DNA of 63,498 nt, the filler included. It is 5 parts of 5 records of this genome, joined end to end, with 100 filler letters (N's around TTAATTAATTAA, not from the genome) between each part and the next. Parts side by side here need not be neighbours in the genome. Positions count along the whole stretch, not along the records: positions 1 to 9,895 come from SRR20825010_5798; positions 9,996 to 17,547 come from SRR20825010_5804; positions 17,648 to 34,236 come from SRR20825010_5810; 2 more parts are not named here. The stretch is one strand, 5' to 3'. Of this stretch, positions 9,244 to 19,132 are shown piece after piece. How positions within the stretch are numbered: position 1 is the first letter of the stretch; each line of letters starts with the position of its first letter. The translations under genes and the position numbers were made by a program. Under the pieces are notes generated by a model. It searched no databases. It had not been told where the DNA came from and saw only the letters and a program-made list of their open reading frames with translations.

Positions 9244-9290
9244 ACATGCAAAATAATGCATGTCAATTTTGGTGATTGCATTATAGTGCG
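9244..9290. promoter_or_regulatory. Candidate BoxR/BzdR-type operators upstream of boxC
   Basis: ACATGCA-AAATAA-TGCATGT (9244-9263) and TGCA-TTATAG-TGCG (9277-9290); TGCA repeats are the known BzdR/BoxR recognition element. Confidence 0.6.
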
Positions 9291-9350
9291 CTTTCGATTG
9301 AAGAAGATGGAGCGCCCCGGCGAGTGGCGCCCTCATGGGAGATGCGCAAA

Positions 9351-9895
9351 ATGATGATCGATTTCCGGACCGATCCGTCCCGCTACAAGCACTGGAAGCT
9401 GGTGTTCGACGGCGCCCGTGCCGACCTTGTCATGGATGTGGACGAGAAAGGCGGCCTGTTCGAGGGCTATGAGCTGAAGCTCAATTCCTACGATCTCGGC
9501 GTCGATATCGAGCTTTATGACGCGATCCAGCGGCTCCGTTTCGAGCATCCGGAAGTGAAGGTCGTGGTGCTGCGGTCGGCCAAGGACCGGGTGTTCTGCG
9601 CTGGCGCCAATATCCGCATGCTGGCGGGCGCGGCCCATGCCCATAAGGTGAATTTCTGCAAGTTCACCAACGAGACACGTAACTATATGGAAGAGGCGAG
9701 CGCCGAGTCCGGCCAGAAATATCTGGCGGCGGTGACCGGCGCCTGCGCTGGCGGCGGCTATGAGCTGGCGCTTGCGACCGACCATATCATCCTGACCGAT
9801 GACGGCTCCTCCGCCGTTTCCCTGCCGGAAGCGCCGCTGCTGGCCGTATTGCCGGGCACCGGCGGCCTGACCCGCGTCACCGACAAGCGCAAGGT
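9351..9895 (+). CDS. boxC: 2,3-epoxybenzoyl-CoA dihydrolase (crotonase fold), 3'-truncated
   Basis: IDFRTDPSRYKHWKL, LKLNSYDLGVDIEL, FCAGANIRML, KVNFCKFTNETR. Confidence 0.93.
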
Positions 9896-9995
9896 NNNNN
9901 NNNNNNNNNNNNNNNNNNNNNNNNNNNNNNNNNNNNNNNTTAATTAATTAANNNNNNNNNNNNNNNNNNNNNNNNNNNNNNNNNNNNNNNNNNNN
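9896..9995. other. Artificial contig spacer
   Basis: N44-TTAATTAATTAA-N44, stop codons in all six frames. Confidence 0.99.
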
Positions 9996-9996
9996 C

Positions 9997-11121
9997 GGCA
10001 TACGATATTTGGCCGCAACGGTTTTTTCCATATGCATGCTAGCGCAGAACGCTGTCGCAGATAAAAAATCTCCGGAAGAGCAAAGCGGTTTTACGCTCAA
10101 GGCACCGCCTAAAATTGCCATGGTGCTCTATGGGCGCAAATATGATGGCGGCTGGACCAAAGCTTTTGATGATGCGCGGCTGAAACTACAAGATCAGCTC
10201 AACACTGACATTCCATATGTTGATCAAGTAAACGAACGCACCGCGCAAGTGCTGATCGTGACAGAGCGTTTCATCGCCCAAGGGTATAATATCATTATCG
10301 GTGCGGCTTACGGCTATTCGGAAGCTTTCGAGATTCTAGCCAAGAAATATCCCGATGTTGCCTTTCTGAACGGATCCGGGACGACCAACGGACCAAACCT
10401 TCAGTCATTTTATGGTCGCATCTATGACAGTCATTATCTTTGCGGCATGGCAGCCGCAATGAAGTCCAAGAGCGGAAGCCTTGGCTATGTGGCTGCGCGC
10501 AATATTGGTGTCGTGAACTGGACGGTGAACGGATTTGCCATGGGCGCGCGCCGGATCAATCCCGACGCCAAAATATTTGTGCATTACACCGGCAACTGGG
10601 CGGAGCCTGTGGCCGAGCGTGAGGCGGCAGAAGAATTAATCTCAGATGGTGTGGATGTGATCGGCGAACATGTTGACACACCGCGCACGCAACTGATTGC
10701 TCAGGAAGCCGGCATCTACGGCACCGGACATCATCGCGACATGAGCGAATACGCTCCAAAGGCGACAATATGTTCCGGTGTGTGGATATGGGACCGCTAT
10801 CTCTATCGCGAAATTCTCAAGATCAAGAAAGGCAACTGGAAGCCTAAACCCGATGGTGCCCTACCGGCCTTTGCCGACGGGCCGACCGATATTGCTCTGA
10901 ACCACGCGCTGCTGACGCCTGAGATAATCGAAACAGTGATGGCCGCGCGTCAGGAACTGATCGAGGGGAAGGATATTTTTGCAGGCCCCCTTATAGACAA
11001 AGACAGAAAACAAATTATCGGGTCAGGCGAAACTCTTACAACGCATCGACTGTGGGAGATGGACTGGTATATGCCCGGTATTGAAGTGCATGAGGCGCAC
11101 CCACAGCGGAACCGCAAATAA
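9997..11121 (+). CDS. BMP/PnrA-family ABC substrate-binding protein, paralog 1 (5'-truncated)
   Basis: DGGWT, YLCGMAAA, GVDVIGEHVDTP motifs; frame open to the contig edge (GIRYLAAT aligns with AIRYMAAT of paralog 2). Confidence 0.85.
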   Translation, partial: GIRYLAATVFSICMLAQNAVADKKSPEEQSGFTLKAPPKIAMVLYGRKYDGGWTKAFDDARLKLQDQLNTDIPYVDQVNERTAQVLIVTERFIAQGYNIIIGAAYGYSEAFEILAKKYPDVAFLNGSGTTNGPNLQSFYGRIYDSHYLCGMAAAMKSKSGSLGYVAARNIGVVNWTVNGFAMGARRINPDAKIFVHYTGNWAEPVAEREAAEELISDGVDVIGEHVDTPRTQLIAQEAGIYGTGHHRDMSEYAPKATICSGVWIWDRYLYREILKIKKGNWKPKPDGALPAFADGPTDIALNHALLTPEIIETVMAARQELIEGKDIFAGPLIDKDRKQIIGSGETLTTHRLWEMDWYMPGIEVHEAHPQRNRK

Positions 11122-11243
11122 TCAAGGGGGCGCACGTGACAAAACGGAATAACCGATGGCAGCAAAGAGTTTTCTACGACATAACCAGCTCAAGTTTTCC
11201 GAACCAGCATTCGGGAAATTAGAGCGATCAAGGGAGAAATCTG

Positions 11244-12413
11244 GTGCTTGATCAAATATGGCGTGTTGCCCACGCCATACGGTATATGGCGGCAACAATT
11301 ACATTTTTCTGCTTTGTCGCACATAACGCGATGGCAGAAGAACTGGTTTCCCAGCCCCGAACCTCCCATGAGCAATCCGGCTTCACCCTCAAAACACCGC
11401 CCAAGATCGTTATTCTCTTTTATGACAGGAGAAGAGATGGTGGCTGGATGGCGGCTTTTGAAACAGCAAGGCTGAATCTACAAAAAGAACTCGGAATGGA
11501 GATCGCCTTTGAACAAAGTGTGACCGAGAGCCCTGCCCATGTGATTATCGCGGCCGAACATTTCATAGCCAAAGGCTACAATATCGTCATCGGTACAGGC
11601 TCGTATTATTCCAAAACATTCCAGGGTTTGGCGGCGCGCTTTCCCGAGATTGCTTTTTTGAATGCGGCAGGCACGACCAATGCACCCAACCTGCTCTCCT
11701 TCTATGGTCGTACATTCGACAGCCATTATCTATGCGGCATCACCGCCAGCGCCATGTCGAAGCATCACAAAATCGGCTATGTGGCCGCGCGGGAATTGCC
11801 GGTGGTCAATTGGGGCGTCAATGGCTTTGTGCTCGGCGTGAGACATAACAATCCCTCGGGCAAGGTGACAGTGGTCTATACTGATGACTGGGCCAATCCG
11901 CGCCGGGAAACCGACAGCACCAATGCGCTTATTGATATGGGCGCTGATGTCATCGGGCAGCATGTCAACACTCCCACACCGCAATTAGTGGCGCAAATGC
12001 GCGATGTGCTGGGCACCGGACATCATAGGGATATGAGTGATGTGGCGCCTGCTGCCACGATCTGCTCGGCCACATGGAACTGGGAACGCTTTTTGCTGCC
12101 GGAACTGAAAAAGATCATGGCAGGGAATTGGCACCCGGACCCGGATGGCGCACTGCCTTCTTTTCGTGACGGGCCAACAGACATTGCCCTCAACACGAAG
12201 TTGGTGCCTGAAGACATTGTGCGCATGGTGATGGAAGAACGCGAGGCGCTCATCGATGGGAAGGATATTTTTGCCGGACCTCTGATTGACCGTGACGGAA
12301 AAGAGATCATCGGGTCAGGCGAGACGCTAACGAAGAGACAATTGTGGCAGATGAACTGGTATATGCCCGGCATCGAAATGCATGAGGCAAAGCCAAAGCA
12401 AGACATCGAATAA
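11244..12413 (+). CDS. BMP/PnrA-family ABC substrate-binding protein, paralog 2
   Basis: AGGGAG RBS, GTG start, signal peptide; colinear with paralog 1. Confidence 0.85.
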   Translation: MLDQIWRVAHAIRYMAATITFFCFVAHNAMAEELVSQPRTSHEQSGFTLKTPPKIVILFYDRRRDGGWMAAFETARLNLQKELGMEIAFEQSVTESPAHVIIAAEHFIAKGYNIVIGTGSYYSKTFQGLAARFPEIAFLNAAGTTNAPNLLSFYGRTFDSHYLCGITASAMSKHHKIGYVAARELPVVNWGVNGFVLGVRHNNPSGKVTVVYTDDWANPRRETDSTNALIDMGADVIGQHVNTPTPQLVAQMRDVLGTGHHRDMSDVAPAATICSATWNWERFLLPELKKIMAGNWHPDPDGALPSFRDGPTDIALNTKLVPEDIVRMVMEEREALIDGKDIFAGPLIDRDGKEIIGSGETLTKRQLWQMNWYMPGIEMHEAKPKQDIE

Positions 12414-12459
12414 CCGAGGGGCGTGCGTGACGCGGACAAGCCGCATCACGCCTGCCGGA

Positions 12460-12597
12460 TCACTTTTTGCCTTTGGGGCCGCGTTCGGGCTTGGCTTCGG
12501 TTGCAAAGACAGAACCTGTCGTCTGTGCAACTTTTTCCTTTTTGTCCTGTTTCGGCTTTTTCTTCTCTTTGCTGCTACGCATCTGACCTTTGGCCAA
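12460..12597 (-). CDS. 45-aa Lys-rich small protein MAKGQMRSSKEKKKPKQDKK...PKGKK
   Basis: AGGAGAG RBS before TTG; clean ORF below the 60-aa track cut-off. Confidence 0.7.
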   Translation of the reverse strand: MAKGQMRSSKEKKKPKQDKKEKVAQTTGSVFATEAKPERGPKGKK

Positions 12598-12691
12598 AAT
12601 TGCTCTCCTGATCTATGCGCGTGAATGCGCATGAAAGCGGATGCTATCCGGTTCGCGGATTAATCACCTGCTCTTTCGCAAGGTAAACCCG

Positions 12692-12730
12692 CTAAAACAC
12701 AAGTATTTATCGATAAATCTTGAGTTTTAG
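12692..12730. repeat. 39-nt AT-rich near-perfect palindrome between divergent small genes
   Basis: CTAAAACACAAGTATTTATC/GATAAATCTTGAGTTTTAG; perfect 14-bp core ATTTATCGATAAAT. Confidence 0.7.
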
Positions 12731-12827
12731 GCCGCGCCGACGCATATATGCGCCTTATCAATCCGCGATATGTCGCAAGACAGAGGTCGCAAGCGTGGGT
12801 CTCGCGGCCCGCGGCTTGGAGTTTTTC

Positions 12828-13016
12828 ATGAACGGTCATAAGTACAAGGTGGGTGAAATGGTCGAATTTCACCCCGGTGGCTCTTATCTTGCCAAGACAC
12901 GCGGGCAATATGAAGTGCTGCGTCTGCTGCCTGCCGAAGGCGACGGCTATCAGTATCGGGTCAAGAACCTGACAGACGGGCATGAGCGCATTGTGCATGA
13001 AGGCCAGATCGACTGA
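12828..13016 (+). CDS. 62-aa small hypothetical protein (possible SH3-like beta barrel)
   Basis: GGAG RBS; HKYKVGEMV...YEVLRLLP...YQYRVK...ERIVHE; terminator follows. Confidence 0.75.
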   Translation: MNGHKYKVGEMVEFHPGGSYLAKTRGQYEVLRLLPAEGDGYQYRVKNLTDGHERIVHEGQID

Positions 13017-13038
13017 GGCTTTCACCTAGGCCGATACG

Positions 13039-13068
13039 AAAACGGGGCGCATCACTGCGCCCCGTTTT
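13039..13068. terminator. Bidirectional intrinsic terminator
   Basis: AAAACGGGGCGCA-TCAC-TGCGCCCCGTTTT between convergent genes. Confidence 0.85.
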
Positions 13069-13076
13069 GTGTTTCA

Positions 13077-14567
13077 TCAACCAACCAGCGAATACTCGTC
13101 CAGATCGAGATGGCGCATCTGCCACCAGTATTTGGTGGTGTAGCTGGACCAATTGTTTGTGACCTTGCCTGCTTCGTTCTTGTACCAGCTGGAGCACCCA
13201 CCGGCCCAGACCGTGCGCTGCATATCCTTTTGCAGCTCCTCGTTGAAGCCCTTTTCCGAATAATCGTGAACATCCATCCAGCGCAGCTTGGGGTTTTGCA
13301 ACGTGCTGACCGCCTGCAAGATGTAATTGATCTGGCATTCGAGCATAAAGATGATCGAGTTGTGCCCCAGATTTGTGTTCGGCCCATAGAGCATGAAGAA
13401 GTTCGGGAAGCCTGACACGGCAACGCCGCGATGGGCCTCTGCACCGTCGCGCCAGACATCATTAAGGTCGCGACCACCAAGACCTGTGACTTTCATCGGT
13501 GCGAGGAAATCCATGGTCTGGAAGCCAGTGGAATAAATGATTGCATCGGCGGGATGGGAAACACCATCCTTGGTGATGACGGCATCTTCGGTGATCCGGT
13601 CAATGTGGCTGACGACCGTTTCACAATTGGGGCGCGCGATGGCGGGATACCAGTCATTGGAAATCAGCACACGCTTGCAACCTGCGGGATAATCCGGTGT
13701 CAGAATTTCCTTGAGCTTGGGATCGGAAATATATGTGTCCAACTCCTTGCGCCCTGCACGCTCAAAAAGCTTGCTGAAGAAGCTGCCACGAATAAAGGCG
13801 AGGAAGTTGCGCTCCAGTCCCAGATAGATCATCCAGCGATGCAGCTTCACCAGCACGGGAAAACGCTTGAACATTTTCTGTTCGAATGCGGTGTAAGGGC
13901 GATCAGGCTTTGGCACGATCCAGTTTGGCGAGCGCTGGAAAATGGTGAGCTTGCGCACTTTGCCGACAATTTCGGGCACGAACTGGATGGCGCTGGCGCC
14001 ATTGCCCACAACGCAAACATTCTTGCCTGTGAGATCGTAATCATGGTTCCAACGGGCCGAATGGAATGACGTGCCCTTGAAGTTTTCAGCGCCTTCGATT
14101 TTCGGGAATGCAGGCCGGTTCAACTGGCCAAGGGCGGAGACAACGAGATTGGCAGTGATGGTCTCGCCATCGGCTGTGGTGATGTTCCACAAGCCTGTCG
14201 CCTGGTCGAAACGGCTTTCAGTGACTTCCGTGTTGAAACGAATGAAGGGGCGCAGGCCATATTTGCGCGTCAGCTGAAGCTGGTAGTCGTGAATTTCGGG
14301 CTGCTTGGCAAATTTGCGCGACCAGTCGAGTTTCGGCTCGAAGGAAAAGGAATAAAGGTGCGAGGGCACATCGCAACCGGAGCCGGGATAATGATTGTCG
14401 CGCCATGTGCCGCCGACATCGCCTGCCTTTTCGAGAATGACGAAACTGTCTATTCCGGCACGGCGCAATTGTGCGGCCATGCCGAGGCCGCCCATACCAG
14501 CCCCGAGAATGGCGATCTGAACGGTTTTCGGCTCGACTTTCGGGCCACGGCTAATCGCAAGCGTCAC
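13077..14567 (-). CDS. Flavin-containing monooxygenase, Baeyer-Villiger type
   Basis: GAGMGG FAD motif, GGTWRDNHYPG, FKGTSFHSARW fingerprint, GNGASA NADPH motif. Confidence 0.92.
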   Translation of the reverse strand: MTLAISRGPKVEPKTVQIAILGAGMGGLGMAAQLRRAGIDSFVILEKAGDVGGTWRDNHYPGSGCDVPSHLYSFSFEPKLDWSRKFAKQPEIHDYQLQLTRKYGLRPFIRFNTEVTESRFDQATGLWNITTADGETITANLVVSALGQLNRPAFPKIEGAENFKGTSFHSARWNHDYDLTGKNVCVVGNGASAIQFVPEIVGKVRKLTIFQRSPNWIVPKPDRPYTAFEQKMFKRFPVLVKLHRWMIYLGLERNFLAFIRGSFFSKLFERAGRKELDTYISDPKLKEILTPDYPAGCKRVLISNDWYPAIARPNCETVVSHIDRITEDAVITKDGVSHPADAIIYSTGFQTMDFLAPMKVTGLGGRDLNDVWRDGAEAHRGVAVSGFPNFFMLYGPNTNLGHNSIIFMLECQINYILQAVSTLQNPKLRWMDVHDYSEKGFNEELQKDMQRTVWAGGCSSWYKNEAGKVTNNWSSYTTKYWWQMRHLDLDEYSLVG

Positions 14568-14596
14568 GTCACTCTCCCTTGGGTAATTTGCCCACC

Positions 14597-14644
14597 TTTG
14601 TACGGGGGACCGTCAAGCGGGTCAATTAGGGTGTAAGCCCTAAT
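14597..14644 (-). promoter_or_regulatory. Sigma70-like promoter with an adjacent palindromic operator for the monooxygenase
   Basis: Minus strand TTGACC-N17-TACAAA (14625-14597); ATTAGGG-N6-CCCTAAT at 14625-14644. Confidence 0.45.
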
Positions 14645-14687
14645 ATTTTCCGCAAGGGAAATAACGCAGAACGAGAATGCGTCTGAC

Positions 14688-14725
14688 AAAAAAGCCTGCG
14701 GAAACCAACCGATTCCCGCAGGCTT
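14688..14725 (-). terminator. Intrinsic terminator of ompW
   Basis: AAGCCTGCGG...CCGCAGGC followed by T6 on the minus strand. Confidence 0.8.
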
Positions 14726-14733
14726 GAAATTAC

Positions 14734-15387
14734 TTAGAAGCGATAGCCGAGGCCCACGCCGAAAACCCACGGGTCAAGATCGACCTTGCCTGTGATTGCG
14801 CCGCCATTGACCGAAACATCGGTGCTGAGAAAAATCTTCTTCACATCGACGTTGACCGACCAAGGGCCGGATATGGCGTAATCGGCACCGACCTGCAGCG
14901 CATAGCCCAAGCTGTTCTTGTAGTCGATCGAAGTGACGGCACCGCCAGGCGCATCTTCATTGTAGAAGAACGTGTAATTGAGGCCCGCGCCGACATAGGG
15001 GCTGAAACGCTCTTTCGGCATGAAGTGATATTGCAGAGTAAGCGTGGGCGGCAGGAGGCTCACCTTGCCAAGGTTCACACCCGCAGGTGACCAATTGACT
15101 TTGTGACGCGTGGTCGCCGCGATGAGTTCCAAAGCCAGATTGTCAGTGAGAAAATAACTGAAGTCGAGTTCAGGCACGGCATCATTCGACACGTTAGTGT
15201 CGCCACCTGCCGAGAGAGATGCGCTTTCATCCGGCGTCACAAGGATTGCGCGGCCGCGGATCAAAATATCGCCAGCTGCTTTGGGCTTAAACTCCGCGGC
15301 GGTCGCTTGCGCGGTCGTCAACGAGGTCGCGGCCAAAGTCGCAAGGATCGCGATGGCTGCGGTTTTCTTCATCTGGTTGCCTGACAT
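14734..15387 (-). CDS. ompW: OmpW-family outer membrane protein
   Basis: AGGAGA RBS; signal peptide; LPPTLTLQYHF, PYVGAGLNYT, terminal GYRF. Confidence 0.92.
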   Translation of the reverse strand: MSGNQMKKTAAIAILATLAATSLTTAQATAAEFKPKAAGDILIRGRAILVTPDESASLSAGGDTNVSNDAVPELDFSYFLTDNLALELIAATTRHKVNWSPAGVNLGKVSLLPPTLTLQYHFMPKERFSPYVGAGLNYTFFYNEDAPGGAVTSIDYKNSLGYALQVGADYAISGPWSVNVDVKKIFLSTDVSVNGGAITGKVDLDPWVFGVGLGYRF

Positions 15388-15566
15388 ATCTGTCTCCTGT
15401 GTCAGCCGGCTCAATACCGGCGAACGAAAAGCATTTGTTCTTGTCAGGACAAATGTCGCCCGAAATGCGTAAGAACAGTTCAAGCGTTGTGTCGCAGTGG
15501 CTGCGAAGCGTTGTCACATTGGTAAAGTTACCTATGCGAGGGGTACAGGCACCCATAGTAAAACGA

Positions 15567-17006
15567 TCAGTACGGATCTTCGAGAATGTGCTGATAGGCG
15601 CGGACTTGCTGAACAAAACGTAAAGCCTGCCCGCCCCGCGCGCGGCCATATTTGAGGCGGCTGACATAGCCTGGCTTATCCATGATCGAAAGAGCGCGGC
15701 GCACATCGGTCCAACGATTTTTGTCCAAGCCCAGACCTTCCGCCAATGAGCGCGCATCGAGCAAATGGGCATAGCCCATATTGTAAGCCGCTAAAGCAAA
15801 CCAGAGCCGCTCGGCTTCGTGGACCTCTTCGGGGATGCGGGCTTTGAGATCGGCTATATAGCGTGCCCCCGCATAAAGGCTTTCGACAGGATCAAGCCGG
15901 TCTTCCACGCCCAGATGCTCGGCTGTTGTGGCGGTCAGCATCATGATGCCACGCACACCGGTATGGCTGCGGGCATCCGGTTTCCAATGGCTTTCCTGAT
16001 AGGCGACAGCGGCGACAACCTGCCATGGCAAATCAGCTTCGCGGGCGGCAGCGCGGATCGTGCTTTCATATTCGGGCAAGGTGGTCTCGACCGCGCGCTG
16101 GAAGGCACGGATATCGACATAGTCGAAAGGCGGCAGGAAACCGGCGAAGCGACGGGTGGCATCCTCAAGCCCGCCGGACTTTTTGTATTCCTCGATCCAT
16201 TTATTGACAAAGCCTGCAAGATCTTCGGACCCCGGCGCAAAATACCAACTGAGTTTCTGTGCCTTGCCCAGCGGAAATGCCTCAACCAGATTGAGGAAAT
16301 AAGGATTGTTGATCCTGAACTCGAGCGAGTTCGCGGTGGTGCAATCGATATTGCCACTGGAGGCGGCGGCCAACAGCACCTCGACCGGCTGATCGGCATC
16401 GACGATTTCCAGCCCCTCGACATTAAGCGTGGCGTCTTCAAGCGCCTCTGCCGGTGTGGTGCCGGAACTGACCCAAATATTCAGCCCTGCCAGATCAGAG
16501 ATTTTCTTTGGCTGCGCAATCTCGCGGCGGCAAACAAGCAGTGGCGTAACTTCATAATAGCCTTTGCTCTGCTTGAGCCCCTGCCCGAAATCATTATCGG
16601 TCATGAGGCCTGCCGCGGCGATGTGCCCTTTGCGCTCGCGCAAGGCGGCAATGACATCGGGCACTGTATCGTAGCTGCGGTATTCGACCGAGACGCCGAG
16701 CTTTTCACCCAGCGCCTGTGTGAGCAGATATTCAAAGCCCGTGCGGCCCGTGGTGCCGTGATAGAATGTGGTGGGTGCAAGACGCGTCAGGATGACCAGA
16801 CGGCCATCCGATTTGATGGCTCCGAGCCCCTGCGGGACGGGGCGCACCCAAGTGACAAAGATCACGACACAGGCAATGCCCAAAACAAAATGGGCGCCAT
16901 GCGAGATCCATGTAACTTCGAACGCATGGTAAATACGATGGGCCAGAGACCGGATCGCCATGATCCAGCCTTTCATCATATCCATAACGCCTCTTGCCTT
17001 TGCCAC
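15567..17006 (-). CDS. mltF: Membrane-bound lytic murein transglycosylase F (start uncertain)
   Basis: N-terminal SBP-like domain (GFEY); SLT motifs YQESHW, GIMML, AAYNMG. Confidence 0.88.
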   Translation of the reverse strand: MAKARGVMDMMKGWIMAIRSLAHRIYHAFEVTWISHGAHFVLGIACVVIFVTWVRPVPQGLGAIKSDGRLVILTRLAPTTFYHGTTGRTGFEYLLTQALGEKLGVSVEYRSYDTVPDVIAALRERKGHIAAAGLMTDNDFGQGLKQSKGYYEVTPLLVCRREIAQPKKISDLAGLNIWVSSGTTPAEALEDATLNVEGLEIVDADQPVEVLLAAASSGNIDCTTANSLEFRINNPYFLNLVEAFPLGKAQKLSWYFAPGSEDLAGFVNKWIEEYKKSGGLEDATRRFAGFLPPFDYVDIRAFQRAVETTLPEYESTIRAAAREADLPWQVVAAVAYQESHWKPDARSHTGVRGIMMLTATTAEHLGVEDRLDPVESLYAGARYIADLKARIPEEVHEAERLWFALAAYNMGYAHLLDARSLAEGLGLDKNRWTDVRRALSIMDKPGYVSRLKYGRARGGQALRFVQQVRAYQHILEDPY

Positions 17007-17056
17007 GCCTTGCCGCCGCTTTTTGACAGAACAACAATCTAGCTGTAGTTCGCGAC

Positions 17057-17094
17057 AAAAGAAAAGCCCGCGAGGTGATACCTCACGGGCTTTT
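17057..17094 (-). terminator. Intrinsic terminator after the acyl-CoA dehydrogenase
   Basis: AAAAGCCCGTGAGGT-ATC-ACCTCGCGGGCTTTTCTTTT on the minus strand. Confidence 0.8.
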
Positions 17095-17130
17095 GCAACA
17101 TGATAAAGAACCCGTTATCGGGCCATCGGC

Positions 17131-17547
17131 TTACTTGCCTTTGGGTGCCTGATTAAACGGCAGGTCCTTGTCCACACGAATATCCTGCGGCATGCCAAGC
17201 ACACGCTCGGCCACGATGTTACGCAGAATTTCGTCCGTGCCACCGGCGATGCGGTAGCCCGCAGCACCCAGCCACTGTTCGGTATAGGCACCGTCTTCCG
17301 GGGAGATGCTCCGATCACGGATGACACCGCCCATGTCCTGAAGGTCCATGCCGAAAGAACCCAGATCCTGCATCTTCTTGGCTGCGATGATCTTGGAAAT
17401 GGAGCTTTCCGGTCCGGGTGTTTCACCCTTGGACAGAGCCGTCAGCGTGCGAAAACGCGTGAACTTCAAACCCTGTGCCTGCACATACCAATCAGCAATG
17501 CGCTCACGCACGGCACCATTGGAAATGGCGGGCTTGCCATCGATTTC
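17131..17547 (-). CDS. Acyl-CoA dehydrogenase family protein, C-terminal fragment
   Basis: PGPESSISK and IAGGTDEILRNIVAERVLGMP. Confidence 0.9.
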   Translation of the reverse strand, partial: EIDGKPAISNGAVRERIADWYVQAQGLKFTRFRTLTALSKGETPGPESSISKIIAAKKMQDLGSFGMDLQDMGGVIRDRSISPEDGAYTEQWLGAAGYRIAGGTDEILRNIVAERVLGMPQDIRVDKDLPFNQAPKGK

Positions 17548-17647
17548 NNNNNNNNNNNNNNNNNNNNNNNNNNNNNNNNNNNNNNNNNNNNTTAATTAAT
17601 TAANNNNNNNNNNNNNNNNNNNNNNNNNNNNNNNNNNNNNNNNNNNN
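17548..17647. other. Artificial contig spacer
   Basis: N44-TTAATTAATTAA-N44. Confidence 0.99.
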
Positions 17648-18559
<912 letters not shown>

Positions 18560-19132
18560 AACCTCGTTAGCTGTGCTAGGCTGCTCTCAGGCTCGCGCAG
18601 AAAAACTATTCAAATCGATTGATGCAGACGTGAAGCTACGATGAACTTTGATGAGTTCACGACTGCTGGACCAAAAGATGCCTCCGTTGATAGGGATGCC
18701 GAAATTCTCGGTCAAATCTCATTGGGCAATGATTGGACCACAGGTGCCAGGGCTGACTTTTCCAAACAGCTATCAAGCTTCCTGCACCAGATGACTTCGA
18801 GCTACGCCAATCCGACGCGCTCGAACGCATCAAGCATTAGCCCGAACGTCTAAGGGGCAAAAAAGAGGGGAGGGCCTTGCAGCCGTCCCCTTCTATTTGC
18901 ACGCAGGCTTCCCGAGGCCTTGTTGCTTCGAAGGGCCGCAGCCCCTTTATCTTTGTCGGGACGGAGGTTTTAAACTTTGTTAACTATGTCCCGCTAGCGT
19001 GGATTTGGTGGACAGATGGGCAGATCCGCGCAGGGTTGAAGGCGGTATTTTCCGCATAGCCTATTGTAATAGAAGCGCTTTCTATACATTGTCCGGCAAA
19101 TTTGAACCTCGTCAGAATTGGCGCAATACCCT

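Noticed and set aside
15432-15455. Imperfect palindrome CATTTGTTCT-TGTC-AGGACAAATG upstream of ompW as an FNR box
   Set aside because: Does not match TTGAT-N4-ATCAA; may be an operator but cannot be assigned
15819-17042. 407-aa antisense ORF over mltF (likewise 23110-24345 over leuA, 31687-32604 and 58301-59530)
   Set aside because: Antisense shadows typical of GC-rich codon bias; no recognisable motifs
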